Below, in pieces: positions 18,640-29,072 of a stretch of DNA of 64,000 nucleotides. The position numbers and the translations under genes were made by a program. Numbering within the stretch: the stretch's first letter is position 1; every line of letters starts with the position of its first letter. The stretch is from Escherichia virus TH22. The notes under the pieces are model-generated. The model was not told where the DNA came from and ran no database searches. It saw only the letters and a program-made list of their open reading frames with translations. The stretch lies in the sequence record MT446396.1. The stretch is one strand, 5' to 3'.

Positions 18640-18899
18640 CATTCGCAGAAGAACTACGCCAAATAGCCAAAGAGTCACAAGATAAAGTTGCAAATGACTT
18701 TATTTCTATATTTCGCAAAGTGGCTATTGCCGCCGCCGAGAACGGCAAAGATGCTGTTAATATGGCAGTTTCTGAAAAAGAGTATGAAGAAGGAAACCGT
18801 GCAAAGATATCTGAATTTCTGCGAGCAGAAAAATTTACATCTTTTACCTGGAATTATGATTGGCAAGAATCCAAGCCAATGCTGTATGTAAAATTCTGA
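18636..18899 (+). CDS. hypothetical protein (87 aa)
   Basis: ATGA-coupled to the upstream ORF. Confidence 0.4.
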   Translation: MTFAEELRQIAKESQDKVANDFISIFRKVAIAAAENGKDAVNMAVSEKEYEEGNRAKISEFLRAEKFTSFTWNYDWQESKPMLYVKF

Positions 18900-18903
18900 C
18901 CCT

Positions 18904-18932
18904 TTTTGCTTCAAATAAAAATGCGGTATAAT
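18904..18932 (+). promoter_or_regulatory. MotA-dependent middle promoter (tttTGCTTcA, 13 nt, TATAAT) upstream of rnlB
   Basis: TGCTT at 18907-18911 and TATAAT at 18927-18932; followed by conserved GGTTCTAGACCC. Confidence 0.6.
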
Positions 18933-19029
18933 GGTTCTAGACCCTTTGCAACTATTAATTCCTTTCAGAGAAAGAAAGTATAGTGGGTCTAATTTATAAT
19001 GATATTTATAACATCAAAAGTGAGAGATT

Positions 19030-20037
19030 ATGTTTAAGAAATACAACAGCCTTGAAAATCACTATAATAACAAGTTCATTGAAAAGATTCGCCTGCAAGG
19101 CTTCACCAGCGGTGAATGGGTAGCTCGTGAAAAGATTCATGGTACCAACTTTAGTTTAATCATTGAACAAGACAATGTGACATGCGCGAAACGCACTGGA
19201 CCTATTCTACCTGCAGAAGATTTCTATGGTTATGAAATTGTATTAAAGAACTACGCAGATTCTATTAAATCTGTGCAGAAACTTTTACAGGATATTAATT
19301 ACCAGGCTTACCAGATTTATGGCGAGTTTGCTGGTACAGGTATTCAGAAGAATGTGGATTACGGCGATAAAGATTTCTATGTGTTTGATATCCGCGTTAC
19401 TAAGGAAGATGGCTCTGAATCCGTCCTGACTGACACACTTATGGAAGCCTTTTGTATTATTCATAAGTTTAAAGTTGCCCCACGCCTGGCCACAGGTAGC
19501 TTTGAAGACTTGATTAAGCTCCCTAATGACCTGGATTCTGTGGTCCCTGATTACAATTTTACAGTGGATAACGCAGGATTGACTACAGCAAATACCACTG
19601 ATTTTGATGCAAAGGTGGAAGGTAAAGTATTCACTGCTGAAGGATTTGTATTAAAACCTGATGTTCCTGCATGGTTACCTAACGGCGAGCGTGTAGCGAT
19701 TAAATGTAAGAACTCTAAATTCAGCGAAAAGAAAAAGTCTGATAAGCCTATTAAGGCTGCTGTTGTGTTGTCCCAGGAAGACCTGGATGTTTTATGGAAG
19801 TTTACTGATTATGTGACTGTCAACCGTATCAATAATGTTATCAGTAAGATTGGGGAAGTAACACCTAAGGATTTTGGGAAGGTAATGGGTTTGACTGTCC
19901 AGGATATCCTGGAAGAAGCGGGTCGTGAAGGCCTTGAATTGACCCAAACAGAAAATCCTGTTGAAGTTAAAAAGCAACTTATCGCAAATGTAAGAGAAAC
20001 ATTAAGACATGTTTGGATTGCATTAATTAGTGAATAA
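19030..20037 (+). CDS. rnlB: RNA ligase 2 (Rnl2)
   Basis: 335 aa; [19 protein letters not shown]...[12 protein letters not shown] and [18 protein letters not shown] match T4 Rnl2 as recalled, including the KxHGxN nucleotidyltransferase motif. Confidence 0.9.
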   Translation: MFKKYNSLENHYNNKFIEKIRLQGFTSGEWVAREKIHGTNFSLIIEQDNVTCAKRTGPILPAEDFYGYEIVLKNYADSIKSVQKLLQDINYQAYQIYGEFAGTGIQKNVDYGDKDFYVFDIRVTKEDGSESVLTDTLMEAFCIIHKFKVAPRLATGSFEDLIKLPNDLDSVVPDYNFTVDNAGLTTANTTDFDAKVEGKVFTAEGFVLKPDVPAWLPNGERVAIKCKNSKFSEKKKSDKPIKAAVVLSQEDLDVLWKFTDYVTVNRINNVISKIGEVTPKDFGKVMGLTVQDILEEAGREGLELTQTENPVEVKKQLIANVRETLRHVWIALISE

Positions 20038-20068
20038 AAAAAGGGCCGCAAGGCCCTTATTCTTTTTC
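20036..20068. terminator. bidirectional terminator AAAAAAA-GGGCC-GCAA-GGCCC-UUAUUCUUUUU
   Basis: Hairpin flanked by A-run and T-run between convergent rnlB and gene 24 paralog. Confidence 0.8.
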
Positions 20069-21340
20069 CAGCGGTGGAAGTTTAACACCAAGATAAGAAC
20101 TCAATTGACTTTGGTTAGCCATCTTATCCATATCAGCTCCATCAATAAGGCGAGCTTCTTTATCATCTTTAGCAACGGTGTAAGGGTTCGCAGTCAAAGC
20201 ATAACGAGCTAACAGTGCAACCGTAGGCTGTAAGCTTTCAGGGTCAACAATAACCTTGAATTCCCCAACCGAGGTATCACCCTCATCATCAACTTCGCTA
20301 AGCCCTTCCGTATAAGGCGCATAATACAAAGATGCGACCGTCTGACCTTCACCCATATCTGCATTTACACCAACAATAACATAATCACATGGACTATTCA
20401 TATCAGCGTAAAGAGGCAAACCGTTCTTCAGAACACCATAGGCCAATTCATCCTGGTCTTCCTTTTTCTCAACCCAGCCAGAAGCGGCTAAAATAGCTGC
20501 ACAACGGGAAGAAGCAACCGCATATGTACCAGCAAACGAAGTCTGACGTTGAACTGCAGAATTCATTTCACACATATAATAATACAGGGTTCGCGCGCGG
20601 TCCTGCGCGTTATCATATTTCGGGTCAGTAAGATTCAATACACCTTTTTCCGAAACACCTTGCACCTTGAAGCGGGAACTAACAGTAATAAGGGATTGCA
20701 ATACATCCTTATTAATTTCCTCTGCCATTTGAATGCCGAGAATATTATCGATGAAGTCTGTTGCATCAAAACCGTTTGCTTCCAGGTCCTGGGCAAGCTC
20801 GACAGTTAAAGAAGTTTTCAACTTTCTGGATTTAACTTCAGTCTGCCATTTATCGATACGAAAACCAGCTTCAGCAATTTCAGGATGCCCCTTTTCAAAT
20901 TTATCAGTGAAAGCAGCATCTGACATCATTCTTATATGCCCAGCAGCAATGGCTTCAGAAATAACTTCACCTAAATCAGTTTCGAGTGTACCGGCGAATG
21001 GGGATGCTTCCAAAACTTTGAACACAACACTTTCAAACTGGAACATATCGCCGACTGCATAAGCTTCGTCTTTGTTTGTAAATTCTGGAATATTCTTACG
21101 CTCGAACATACCAATCTGACCTGCAAATGTTGCTCCACCGAGATAAGTCATTTTATCATCTGGGTTCAGAACACGAACACCATACAGCGCTGCAACAGGC
21201 TGGGTAGTTTTCTGTTCGGCCACGAGCGCTTTAAAAATTCGTTTATTCGTGGCTTGAGTATAAGAAAGCAAATTAGGACGGGCGACCTGGTTGGCCGCCG
21301 TTAATGTTGATTCGTGAATTAGTGCATTAATCTTTTGCAT
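20057..21340 (-). CDS. capsid vertex protein paralog (divergent second copy of gene 24)
   Basis: 427 aa; colinear with the adjacent gp24 (MQKINALIHEST versus MAKINKLLREST, shared RKLKT..TVELAQDLEANGF, ANPYTVAKDDKEARLIDG) but clearly more divergent. Confidence 0.8.
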   Translation of the reverse strand: MQKINALIHESTLTAANQVARPNLLSYTQATNKRIFKALVAEQKTTQPVAALYGVRVLNPDDKMTYLGGATFAGQIGMFERKNIPEFTNKDEAYAVGDMFQFESVVFKVLEASPFAGTLETDLGEVISEAIAAGHIRMMSDAAFTDKFEKGHPEIAEAGFRIDKWQTEVKSRKLKTSLTVELAQDLEANGFDATDFIDNILGIQMAEEINKDVLQSLITVSSRFKVQGVSEKGVLNLTDPKYDNAQDRARTLYYYMCEMNSAVQRQTSFAGTYAVASSRCAAILAASGWVEKKEDQDELAYGVLKNGLPLYADMNSPCDYVIVGVNADMGEGQTVASLYYAPYTEGLSEVDDEGDTSVGEFKVIVDPESLQPTVALLARYALTANPYTVAKDDKEARLIDGADMDKMANQSQLSSYLGVKLPPLEKE

Positions 21341-22621
21341 TTACGCCTCATAAATGATTGGCGGAAGTTTAACACCGAGCAGATAAGACATATTGCTCTG
21401 ACCGGCCATTAAATCCATATTGGTTGCATCGATAATACGAGCTTCTTTATCGTCTTTAGCAACGGTGTACGGGTTAGCTGAAAGTGCGTAACGAACCATC
21501 AGAGAGATAGATGGCTGCAAGCTGTCTGGGTCCACAATGACCTTAAACGCACCAACGTGCTCTTCATCATCCAAGTCCAGGCCTTCGGTATAAGGAGCAT
21601 AGAAAATTGCGCCTACGACTTCGTTTCCGCCGTAATTTTCTTTAACACCAACAGTTACATAATCCAATGGACTGTTAACATCACAGAATACAGGGAGGCC
21701 ATTAATCAAATAACCGTACGCTGTTTCGGGGAGCCACTGTTCGTCTTCTGGTCTGTGTTTCAACCAACCAGAACCGGCCAACATAGCAGCAACACGGCTA
21801 GAGGCAACAACAAAGGTACCGGAATAAGATGTAGTTTTCTGAATTTCGGAGTTCATTTCGCAAACCAGTTCGTACAGTTTACGTGCACCTTCTGGGGCTG
21901 CATCGTATGTTAAATCGATGGTGCCATTGTCAGAAACGCCAGTTACTTTATAACGCTTGGAAACGGTAATAAGAGACTGAAGAACATCTTTGTTAATTTC
22001 ATCTGCCATAATAGTGGCAAGCAGGTCTTCTAAGAAAGCAGGAGCATTAAAACCATTTGCTTCCATATCCTGGGCAAGTTCAACAGTTAATGCAGTTTTC
22101 AATTTACGTGTTTTAACCGGAGCATTCCATTTGTTAACCTGGAATACAGCATTGCTAATTTCAACATCACCGGCTTCGAATTTTTCAGTGTGTGCGGCAT
22201 CAGGAACAAGGCGAATAGTCGATGCAATAAGACCTTCTTGCAGAACATCAGATAACACTGTTTCTGTGGTCGATGCAAATGGATTATCAACCAGAGCTTT
22301 GTAAACGATATTTTGGTATTTTATATATTCGCCTTTAGCCACAGGCTGAGTGGCTGTAGTTAATTCTGGAATAGTTGTGCGGTCTTTAGAACCGACTTCG
22401 CCTCCATAAGTAGCGCCCGTCTGGAAACTGAATTCATTATCAGGAGTAAGATATTTAACACCATACAGTGCAGCAACAGGTTGGTTAGTACGTTGTTCAG
22501 CGATGATATCGCGGTAAATCAATTTAGTCGTAGCGCGGGTCAAAGCAACAAGATTCGGGCGGCCCAAGGAGTTGCTGGTAGTAATAGTTGACTCGCGCAG
22601 TAATTTGTTAATCTTTGCCAT
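21341..22621 (-). CDS. 24: capsid vertex protein
   Basis: 426 aa; MAKINKLLRESTITTSNSLGRPNLVALTRATTKLIY closely matches T4 gp24 (427 aa) as recalled. Confidence 0.9.
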   Translation of the reverse strand: MAKINKLLRESTITTSNSLGRPNLVALTRATTKLIYRDIIAEQRTNQPVAALYGVKYLTPDNEFSFQTGATYGGEVGSKDRTTIPELTTATQPVAKGEYIKYQNIVYKALVDNPFASTTETVLSDVLQEGLIASTIRLVPDAAHTEKFEAGDVEISNAVFQVNKWNAPVKTRKLKTALTVELAQDMEANGFNAPAFLEDLLATIMADEINKDVLQSLITVSKRYKVTGVSDNGTIDLTYDAAPEGARKLYELVCEMNSEIQKTTSYSGTFVVASSRVAAMLAGSGWLKHRPEDEQWLPETAYGYLINGLPVFCDVNSPLDYVTVGVKENYGGNEVVGAIFYAPYTEGLDLDDEEHVGAFKVIVDPDSLQPSISLMVRYALSANPYTVAKDDKEARIIDATNMDLMAGQSNMSYLLGVKLPPIIYEA

Positions 22622-22647
22622 TTGCGCTTTCCTTTTGTGATATACTT

Positions 22648-22655
22648 TATTTATA
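22648..22655 (-). promoter_or_regulatory. late promoter TATAAATA (minus strand) for gene 24
   Basis: Plus-strand TATTTATA about 27 nt upstream of the gene 24 ATG. Confidence 0.6.
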
Positions 22656-22661
22656 AAAGTT

Positions 22662-22708
22662 GTTTACAACCAGATTAAGATAAGACATAATGATTCCATA
22701 CTGAGTTA
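22662..22708 (+). promoter_or_regulatory. early promoter GTTTAC-18 nt-CATAAT followed by conserved leader GATTCCATACTGAGTTA
   Basis: Hexamers read directly; the same leader recurs at 60795, 61681 and 62209. Confidence 0.6.
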
Positions 22709-22733
22709 ACAAACAAAACCTTGGAGTTTAAAA

Positions 22734-23015
22734 ATGAACAAAGCAACTTTCCTTCTGAACACCTTTAAAAAATTGGAAATTGAAGTTATTACATTGGTCA
22801 ACAAATACCCAAATGGTGTTAATGGTAATGCTCTGAACAAACTAGTTAAAAAATATGAAAACTTAGCATATGACACTGATTTCTGGTGGAATGGTAATTA
22901 TTCTACTCACACTAAAGATAAAAATGGTAACTGGTTGAAACTTCAAGAAAACAATGTTAACTTCAGAGACCTCATCAAGCGCCGGGTAGAAGTTCATTTA
23001 AATGGTATGGTATGA
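22734..23015 (+). CDS. hypothetical early protein (93 aa) between genes 23 and 24, opposite strand
   Basis: ORF with own promoter, GGAG Shine-Dalgarno and downstream terminator; N/K/W-rich. Confidence 0.45.
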   Translation: MNKATFLLNTFKKLEIEVITLVNKYPNGVNGNALNKLVKKYENLAYDTDFWWNGNYSTHTKDKNGNWLKLQENNVNFRDLIKRRVEVHLNGMV

Positions 23016-23023
23016 AAACAAGA

Positions 23024-23050
23024 AAGGGACCTCAAGGGTCCCTTTTTATT
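23024..23050. terminator. terminator GGGACC-UCAA-GGGUCCC + U-run (A-rich on the other side)
   Basis: Hairpin between convergent ORF 22734 and gene 23. Confidence 0.75.
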
Positions 23051-23065
23051 TAACTTAATCTAGGA

Positions 23066-24625
23066 TTAAATTCCTTTAACATATACGCGGCGGAAGTAAC
23101 CGTTCAAGCCGAGGCTGTTAACGATGTCTGGCATGCCGTTCTGAATGCGCTTGGTCGGAGCCTGAGCTACCGGGTCAGCGAACGGGTTAATACCGATACC
23201 GTAACGGGTTTTGAAGCCCATAACCGGCTGGAAGTTTTTCGGGTCAGAGCCACGCAGCGGGGTCAGTGCAACATATGGTGCGTAGTAGATACCAGCATCC
23301 ATTTCGTTAGCGCCTTTGTAACCGATGGTGAAATAGTCTGCACGAGCATACTGGTCGATGTATACACGGTATTTGCCACCCAGAACACCAGCGAACACAG
23401 CTTTAGTGGTGTCAACGTTGAAACCTTTACCCAGACCCTGAGCAGCATAAGATACGGAGGTATCAACTGCAGCCAGTACGTTAACTACGTTACGGGAAGC
23501 GATGATGAAGTTACCTGCACCACGGCCAGTCTGACGAGCGATTTCAGCGGCTTCTTTATCAATCTGGAACAGTAAAGCTTTGAAGCTTTCACCAGCCCAA
23601 CGAGCGCCACGGATATCAATCGGGTCCTGGAAGTCAAACACACCAGCTTTAGCGCCAACGGTGTTGGTCATACCAGATTTACCAACCTGTGCGGAGTAGT
23701 TAATCCAATCGATAACTTCGCGGTTGATTTCCAGCATAATTTCGGTAGCCAGAATACCACTCAATTCGGCATCAGCATCCATACCATGAACAGCGCGCAG
23801 GTCCTGTGCCAGTTCGATGGAGTAACTTGCTTTCAGCTGACGGGATTTAGCTTCGATAACTTGTTTATCGATACGGAAGCCCATTTCGTTCCACGGGTTA
23901 TCAGTAGAACCGTTGAAGCCTTCCTGCAATTCGGCGATAGAGGTAGCCATACCTTCAGCGATTTCGGCCAGCTTACCAGCTTCGAGCAGTTTGGTAACTT
24001 CGGCGTCAAGTTTAGCGGCATCAGTAGCAGCAGCATCAACGGTTACAGCTTCAACAGCCTGGAAGTGCGCGGCACCGGTTGCTTCGAAGAAGTGAGAATA
24101 AATTTTACCAACGGTAAGAACTTTGCTTGCAGCCAGAGCTTCGAAAGCCTCAGCAGCGCCCTGACCAGAGAACATAGCATTTGGAGCATACATCGGGTGG
24201 AAAGCTTCTTTAGCACCAGCAGCTACAGGGTCTTTACCGTAAACTGCACGCAGGGCAAATACCTGGCCAGTCGGGTTGTTCAGAGGCTGTACGCCACAAA
24301 TATCAAACGCAATCAGATGTGGGATAGCACGACGAACCATACCCATAACTGCCGGCCCAATCTGAGTTACTGCACCAGAGGTCTGGCCAGCAGCGATATT
24401 GGTAGCATCATAACCATGGTCACCACCGATTTCAGCTTCGGTCAGGAAAGAACCAAATGCTTCGGAGATTTTTTCGTCACGGTATTCAGGAGCGGTCAGA
24501 ATATCTTGTTCCTGGTTTTCAAAGATTTTAGCGATGATAGCTTGTTTAGAAGCACCAACGATTTCCGGAAGAGCTTCGTTTTCCAGCAGAGCGGACCATT
24601 TTTGAACTAATGCATTCTTTTTCAT
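23066..24625 (-). CDS. 23: major capsid protein
   Basis: 519 aa (T4 gp23 521 aa); paralogous to gp24; position between 22 and 24. Confidence 0.95.
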   Translation of the reverse strand: MKKNALVQKWSALLENEALPEIVGASKQAIIAKIFENQEQDILTAPEYRDEKISEAFGSFLTEAEIGGDHGYDATNIAAGQTSGAVTQIGPAVMGMVRRAIPHLIAFDICGVQPLNNPTGQVFALRAVYGKDPVAAGAKEAFHPMYAPNAMFSGQGAAEAFEALAASKVLTVGKIYSHFFEATGAAHFQAVEAVTVDAAATDAAKLDAEVTKLLEAGKLAEIAEGMATSIAELQEGFNGSTDNPWNEMGFRIDKQVIEAKSRQLKASYSIELAQDLRAVHGMDADAELSGILATEIMLEINREVIDWINYSAQVGKSGMTNTVGAKAGVFDFQDPIDIRGARWAGESFKALLFQIDKEAAEIARQTGRGAGNFIIASRNVVNVLAAVDTSVSYAAQGLGKGFNVDTTKAVFAGVLGGKYRVYIDQYARADYFTIGYKGANEMDAGIYYAPYVALTPLRGSDPKNFQPVMGFKTRYGIGINPFADPVAQAPTKRIQNGMPDIVNSLGLNGYFRRVYVKGI

Positions 24626-24646
24626 GTGTTGTATAACCTTATTAAA

Positions 24647-25465
24647 TTAAGAAATTCGTGATGCTGCGAGAGCAGACAAGTCCGCGAAGGACAGGGTAGG
24701 CTTGGCGCCTTTTTCTTCAACTGCTTCTGAAATGTAATTCAGTGCCGCAGCATCGTCTACATTTTTATTTATAGCGGCTTCGGTGATTGGTTTGTCGGTG
24801 GGTTCTACCTGACCTTTAACCATTTCAACGATAGCGCCAATTTTGGTACCGAATGCATCAGAGTATTCCATGCCTTCTACCAGAGAACCAACTTTTTCTT
24901 TTTGAGATTCAGTCAGGTCTTTAGTCGCTTCAGTCAACGCAACTTCACGTTGGACATAATTGATATAAGCATCACGCTTAGCAACTTCTTCGAACAGATT
25001 AGCGGTTTCTTCTTTCTGTTCAGCCAGTTCTTCCTGCATTTCTGCAACAACATCGACAGATTCTTCTGGAACAACAACGTTGTGCTCAACGAACAGTTCT
25101 TTCATGCCGGTGAACATGGATTCGAACAGGTCAGCTTTAATGCCACGGTCGACAGCCAGTTTATTTTCAGCGAGCCATTCTTTAGCAACGTGGTCCAGGA
25201 ATTTAGCTGCAGATTCTTTCAGTTTTTTCTCTGCTTTTTCGTCGGCTTCTTCTTTATTCTTTTCGACTTCTTCTTCAGCTTTTTCAGCGATGGCGTGAAT
25301 GTGAGATTCTGCCAGTTTGATGGCGTGTTGCTTGACGGTAGCTTCGAATACAGTGCCGAAGGTAGCTTTCGCTTCCGGGGACAAATTAACTGATTCGAAA
25401 ATACTATCGAGAGCAACGGAAGCATCGATATTCTGAGCTTCAGAAATGAGTTGTTCTTTAAGCAT
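24647..25465 (-). CDS. 22: prohead core scaffold protein
   Basis: 272 aa (T4 gp22 269 aa); E/K-rich coiled-coil; synteny. Confidence 0.85.
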   Translation of the reverse strand: MLKEQLISEAQNIDASVALDSIFESVNLSPEAKATFGTVFEATVKQHAIKLAESHIHAIAEKAEEEVEKNKEEADEKAEKKLKESAAKFLDHVAKEWLAENKLAVDRGIKADLFESMFTGMKELFVEHNVVVPEESVDVVAEMQEELAEQKEETANLFEEVAKRDAYINYVQREVALTEATKDLTESQKEKVGSLVEGMEYSDAFGTKIGAIVEMVKGQVEPTDKPITEAAINKNVDDAAALNYISEAVEEKGAKPTLSFADLSALAASRIS

Positions 25466-25497
25466 TTTGTAGTCCTGTTGTTAAGATATACATTTAT

Positions 25498-26136
25498 TTA
25501 TAACGTCTTTAAAGCCTCTGCGAGAGCCATAAAGGCGTCATCGGCACTGGTATCGGCAACTGCCGTTTGTGATTCTGTAATCTGCTTTGGTTTGACCCAA
25601 GCGTCCGGAGCACTTGGCCCCCATACTGCATCTACTCCAACCGTCAATTTAAAACCTTCATTAACGATGCTATAACCTTTTGCTGATTTAGTCAAGGAAC
25701 CAAGTCCACGACTAGATACACCTGGAATCCAACCTGCTCTTATATTTGCAGCAAGTTTATCACCTGGGCCATGGTCGCCTTCGATAATGCGCGCGCGACC
25801 ATATACATCATTACCTTTCCACCACATATCTTCAATAATAATAGCGGCTTGCATAGGGTCGACGTTAGCACGGGGCGGATGATTTAATTCTCCTAAAGCT
25901 TGTTTAGTAGCAACCTGTTCTGCCATATAATCAGCAACGGCTTTTTCCAAAATATGTTTAGGATAAAGTCGTTTATTACGGTTAACAACTTCAGCTTGTA
26001 GGAAAATACCTTCAATATAAAGTCCTGGCTTTAAATCGCTGTTGGAACCGTCATGAGATTCCAACATCGGTACACCATCTTTAATTTCGCCCGGTTGACC
26101 CCAGTGTTCGATTAGTAACTCTGGTTTCTGTTCCAT
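25498..26136 (-). CDS. 21: prohead core protein / maturation protease
   Basis: 212 aa, same length as T4 gp21; synteny. Confidence 0.9.
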   Translation of the reverse strand: MEQKPELLIEHWGQPGEIKDGVPMLESHDGSNSDLKPGLYIEGIFLQAEVVNRNKRLYPKHILEKAVADYMAEQVATKQALGELNHPPRANVDPMQAAIIIEDMWWKGNDVYGRARIIEGDHGPGDKLAANIRAGWIPGVSSRGLGSLTKSAKGYSIVNEGFKLTVGVDAVWGPSAPDAWVKPKQITESQTAVADTSADDAFMALAEALKTL

Positions 26137-26564
26137 TAATCAAGTCCGAATGCTTTACGCTTAGCTCGAGCTTTTTTGCGCTTGCGCTCTGCTCTGATTT
26201 GCGTAGATGGGTTTGCTCTTTTCGTTTTAGTAGCCAGACGGGCAATTTGACGACGTTTAGCTTTAGAAAGACCAGTTGTTTGGAAAGCATTACGCTTACG
26301 AGTAGCTAGGTCTTTTGTGCGGGTTAACTCACCGCGAGACGATACATGTTTAACGATAAATTCGTTAAGCTGAACACCTTCATTCAGCGCGCCGATAACC
26401 GTTGCTTTTTCATATTCACCGGCTGCAAACATGTTTTCTACAATAATATTTATATCGTCTTTTTCTAAGGCTTCAGATAATGAATCAAATTGTCCCTGAG
26501 CTTCTTCGGAAACACTTTCAATGTTTTCAAGAGTTAATTCGTAATCATCAGGGATAATAAACAT
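26136..26564 (-). CDS. 68: prohead core protein
   Basis: 142 aa (T4 gp68 141 aa); basic C-terminus; synteny. Confidence 0.75.
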   Translation of the reverse strand: MFIIPDDYELTLENIESVSEEAQGQFDSLSEALEKDDINIIVENMFAAGEYEKATVIGALNEGVQLNEFIVKHVSSRGELTRTKDLATRKRNAFQTTGLSKAKRRQIARLATKTKRANPSTQIRAERKRKKARAKRKAFGLD

Positions 26565-26818
26565 TATTCATCGTCCTCATCATCATCTTCGTCATCGTCG
26601 CCTTCGTCGGCGTCATCAGATTCTTTTTTGTCTTTCTTTTCTGCTTTACCGTCTTCATCATCTTCTTTAGGCTCTTCGCCTTCAATCATGATGGAACGTG
26701 CAATTTCAATCTTACGTTCTTCAATCAAACTACCGCATACTGGGCCAATGTTTTCAGCAAAATATTTGCGAACGGCTACGAGGTCGTTTGATTTAATGGC
26801 TTCAAATAAATCATCCAT
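26564..26818 (-). CDS. 67: prohead core protein (acidic)
   Basis: 84 aa with poly-D/E C-terminus (T4 gp67 about 80 aa); synteny. Confidence 0.75.
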   Translation of the reverse strand: MDDLFEAIKSNDLVAVRKYFAENIGPVCGSLIEERKIEIARSIMIEGEEPKEDDEDGKAEKKDKKESDDADEGDDDEDDDEDDE

Positions 26819-28392
26819 TAGAAATCCTCTTCTTCTTCTTCAGGGTTTTGGAAACGAGCCTCTTTGGACTCCAATTCAATTTGCTTAGCTTCTTGATTAA
26901 TTTCTTCATCAGACATCTGGAGGAAGTCCTTCATAGCCGTTTGATGCGAAATATATTTACCGATAAACGGTTCAGCCATCGTTAGCATATTGATTCTGCG
27001 TTCCATGATTTCTGCGTCTTTCATTTCGGTGAAATAGCTATCACGGTTGAACGTAACTTTAATATTATTTAGTTCCTTTTCCCATTCCTCTTCTGAAATA
27101 ATTTTTTTCAGGATAAGGTTGGTTTTAAGCGGGTCGAGGAAAACTTCTTCAAATTTATTCTGTAGCTGCCTAATCCATTTAGAGAAATTCAATTCATCGC
27201 GAGTAATTGTCGCGCCCGCATCAAACATAACGCCGCTGTTTTGGTCATTAGGGATACGAGATAATGGAATTCGGAGAGCCTGATATAGGTTGTTCTTAAA
27301 CCAGCGAACATCGTCCATATCCGACATGCCTTGTGCACCCGGGAGTGTATCAACTTCGGTGACTGCTTTACCATCACGACGTTGCAACCAATAGTCTTCT
27401 GTCATTGACATGTTGTGCTGTTGGTTTTTGATTTTACCCGTGGTTGCATCATATACGACACGGTTTTTCATCGTATTCATAATATGTTGCATGTGTGCTG
27501 CTGCTTTACGAGACGGCATATTCCCAGTATCGATATAAAAGACTCGGCGGTCTGGGGCACGAGTTATACGATAAATGACTAAAGCATCTTCTAATAGTTT
27601 TAATTGGTTTGCAGGTTTAATTGCTCGTTGTAAGTATCCGATGATATTCTTGCCACAGCAATCGAGTAATCCAGAATGCGCATATACAATCGCCGCACGA
27701 GGAATTTTTATTTTAGTACCTGCTTCATATATACGACCATCGGCACAATAACTTTCGTGGCCAGTATCGTATACAAAATATTCTCTGTAACCGTCGACAA
27801 TTTTTGTGCCATTTTCCATGCGTGTAACGATTTCACGGATGAACTGGATTTGTCTTGGGTCAAGGCGACGAAGTTCTTGAACTCCATCTTTAAGTTTTGA
27901 AGGGTTGATAATTTTGTGGAAGAAAATTCGAGAATCCACATACCAACGTTTAAAGTGGTCAGAACCTTTACGCTCGAAATTAAGGAGGTTATTAACTTCC
28001 GCGAATTCTTCGAGGATTCGGTCTTTAATTTTCTGACTAAATTCGGTAGCATCAAGATTAAGAGCTACAACATCTTTACCGTCTTCAAAAACGATAGCAT
28101 CAGACACAATTTCTTGCACCGCGTTATCAACTTCATAATTATTTAGTAAGTTGCGGTAGGTGTCAATTAATTCCCTGGTATTTTTTACTTCAGGTTCATT
28201 ACTCCCGAACATCTGTTGCATCAATGCATTATACGGGACGTTTTGTTCTTGTGACTCAATTTCGCGAGCCCCATCGTCAAACTTCGGCCCGGTCATTGAC
28301 TCTAAATTATTTTTTTCTTGTTGCTTATATTCTTGTTCATCTTCTTTAGCCCAAGGCTTAAGAAAATTTAGTATTGTGTTAAAACCTGCCAT
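26818..28392 (-). CDS. 20: portal vertex protein
   Basis: 524 aa, same length as T4 gp20; synteny. Confidence 0.95.
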   Translation of the reverse strand: MAGFNTILNFLKPWAKEDEQEYKQQEKNNLESMTGPKFDDGAREIESQEQNVPYNALMQQMFGSNEPEVKNTRELIDTYRNLLNNYEVDNAVQEIVSDAIVFEDGKDVVALNLDATEFSQKIKDRILEEFAEVNNLLNFERKGSDHFKRWYVDSRIFFHKIINPSKLKDGVQELRRLDPRQIQFIREIVTRMENGTKIVDGYREYFVYDTGHESYCADGRIYEAGTKIKIPRAAIVYAHSGLLDCCGKNIIGYLQRAIKPANQLKLLEDALVIYRITRAPDRRVFYIDTGNMPSRKAAAHMQHIMNTMKNRVVYDATTGKIKNQQHNMSMTEDYWLQRRDGKAVTEVDTLPGAQGMSDMDDVRWFKNNLYQALRIPLSRIPNDQNSGVMFDAGATITRDELNFSKWIRQLQNKFEEVFLDPLKTNLILKKIISEEEWEKELNNIKVTFNRDSYFTEMKDAEIMERRINMLTMAEPFIGKYISHQTAMKDFLQMSDEEINQEAKQIELESKEARFQNPEEEEEDF

Positions 28393-28440
28393 TAGAGTCT
28401 CCGAAGTTTGGGAAATGAGGCCGAAGCCTCATAATAACTT

Positions 28441-28448
28441 TATTTATA
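28441..28448 (-). promoter_or_regulatory. late promoter TATAAATA (minus strand) upstream of gene 20
   Basis: Plus-strand TATTTATA about 50 nt upstream of the gene 20 ATG. Confidence 0.5.
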
Positions 28449-28449
28449 C

Positions 28450-28941
28450 TTATTCCCACCAGTCAATTGCGAACGTTGCTTCGAACGTTTCAATTTCGTT
28501 GTTACTGTCCCAATCCATCTGGACTTCCCCAACGTTGGTTGGCCACATGCCGGTAATAACAACTTCTTTCGTAACGGTCTTACCATCACGATGGAACTGA
28601 CGAACAGTAGCGGTTTTCTTATAATCAGCAGGAGCTGCACCGGTGATTTCGTTAGTCATACCGTGACACAGGTTTTGCCAATCAACAATTGCTTGACGAA
28701 CTTTATGAGCATCGTCGTTATAAATCGTAATAGTCCAGTCATCAAATGTACGGTCGCCCGCAACGTTGATTTTACGGTTCATGTAACCGACAGGAACTTT
28801 TTCTACAATGCCTGCTGGCATCGGGGCTGCTTTACAATGGAAAGCAAAGTTTTTACCCAGGAATGGGATTTCGACTTCGAACAGGTTAGGGCGAGCAAAG
28901 TCGCCGGATTCGAAAGCGCGTGTGATATCGGTCAACTCCAT
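28450..28941 (-). CDS. 19: tail tube protein
   Basis: 163 aa from MELTDITRAFESGDFARPNLFEVEIPFLG, matching the T4 gp19 N-terminus as recalled; GAGGA Shine-Dalgarno; the ORF-track start at 28992 was rejected. Confidence 0.9.
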   Translation of the reverse strand: MELTDITRAFESGDFARPNLFEVEIPFLGKNFAFHCKAAPMPAGIVEKVPVGYMNRKINVAGDRTFDDWTITIYNDDAHKVRQAIVDWQNLCHGMTNEITGAAPADYKKTATVRQFHRDGKTVTKEVVITGMWPTNVGEVQMDWDSNNEIETFEATFAIDWWE

Positions 28942-29072
28942 TAAGGAATCCTCTTTATAGACACAGGTCGCGCGAACGCGTCCCTGATGCATGTATTTAT
29001 ACTAGGTAATATGATTCATCATCTCAAGATAATGGCTTCCCAGAATCAACCACAGGAGCCCGTAGAACCGAT

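Noticed and set aside
23786-24610. 274-aa plus-strand ORF antisense to the major capsid gene 23 (with similar antisense ORFs at 29473-30105, 16469-16927, 9447-9851, 47599-48219, 60718-61218, 1421-1996)
   Set aside because: Shadow ORFs inside well-supported genes on the opposite strand; low-complexity translations, no start signals, no room in a tightly packed genome.
24626-24646. Expected late promoter TATAAATA immediately upstream of gene 23
   Set aside because: No exact TATAAATA in the short 22-23 spacer; only near-matches. Not annotated; the promoter may lie within gene 22 or be a variant.
26564-26640. Poly-acidic (D/E) tract at the C-terminus of the gene 67 product, resembling a simple-sequence repeat
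   Set aside because: A known feature of the acidic prohead core protein; in frame and part of the CDS.
28417-28430. Hairpin GAGGC-CGAA-GCCUC downstream of gene 19, as a possible terminator
   Set aside because: No U-run on either strand after the stem; more likely an RNA-stability or processing hairpin within the late operon.
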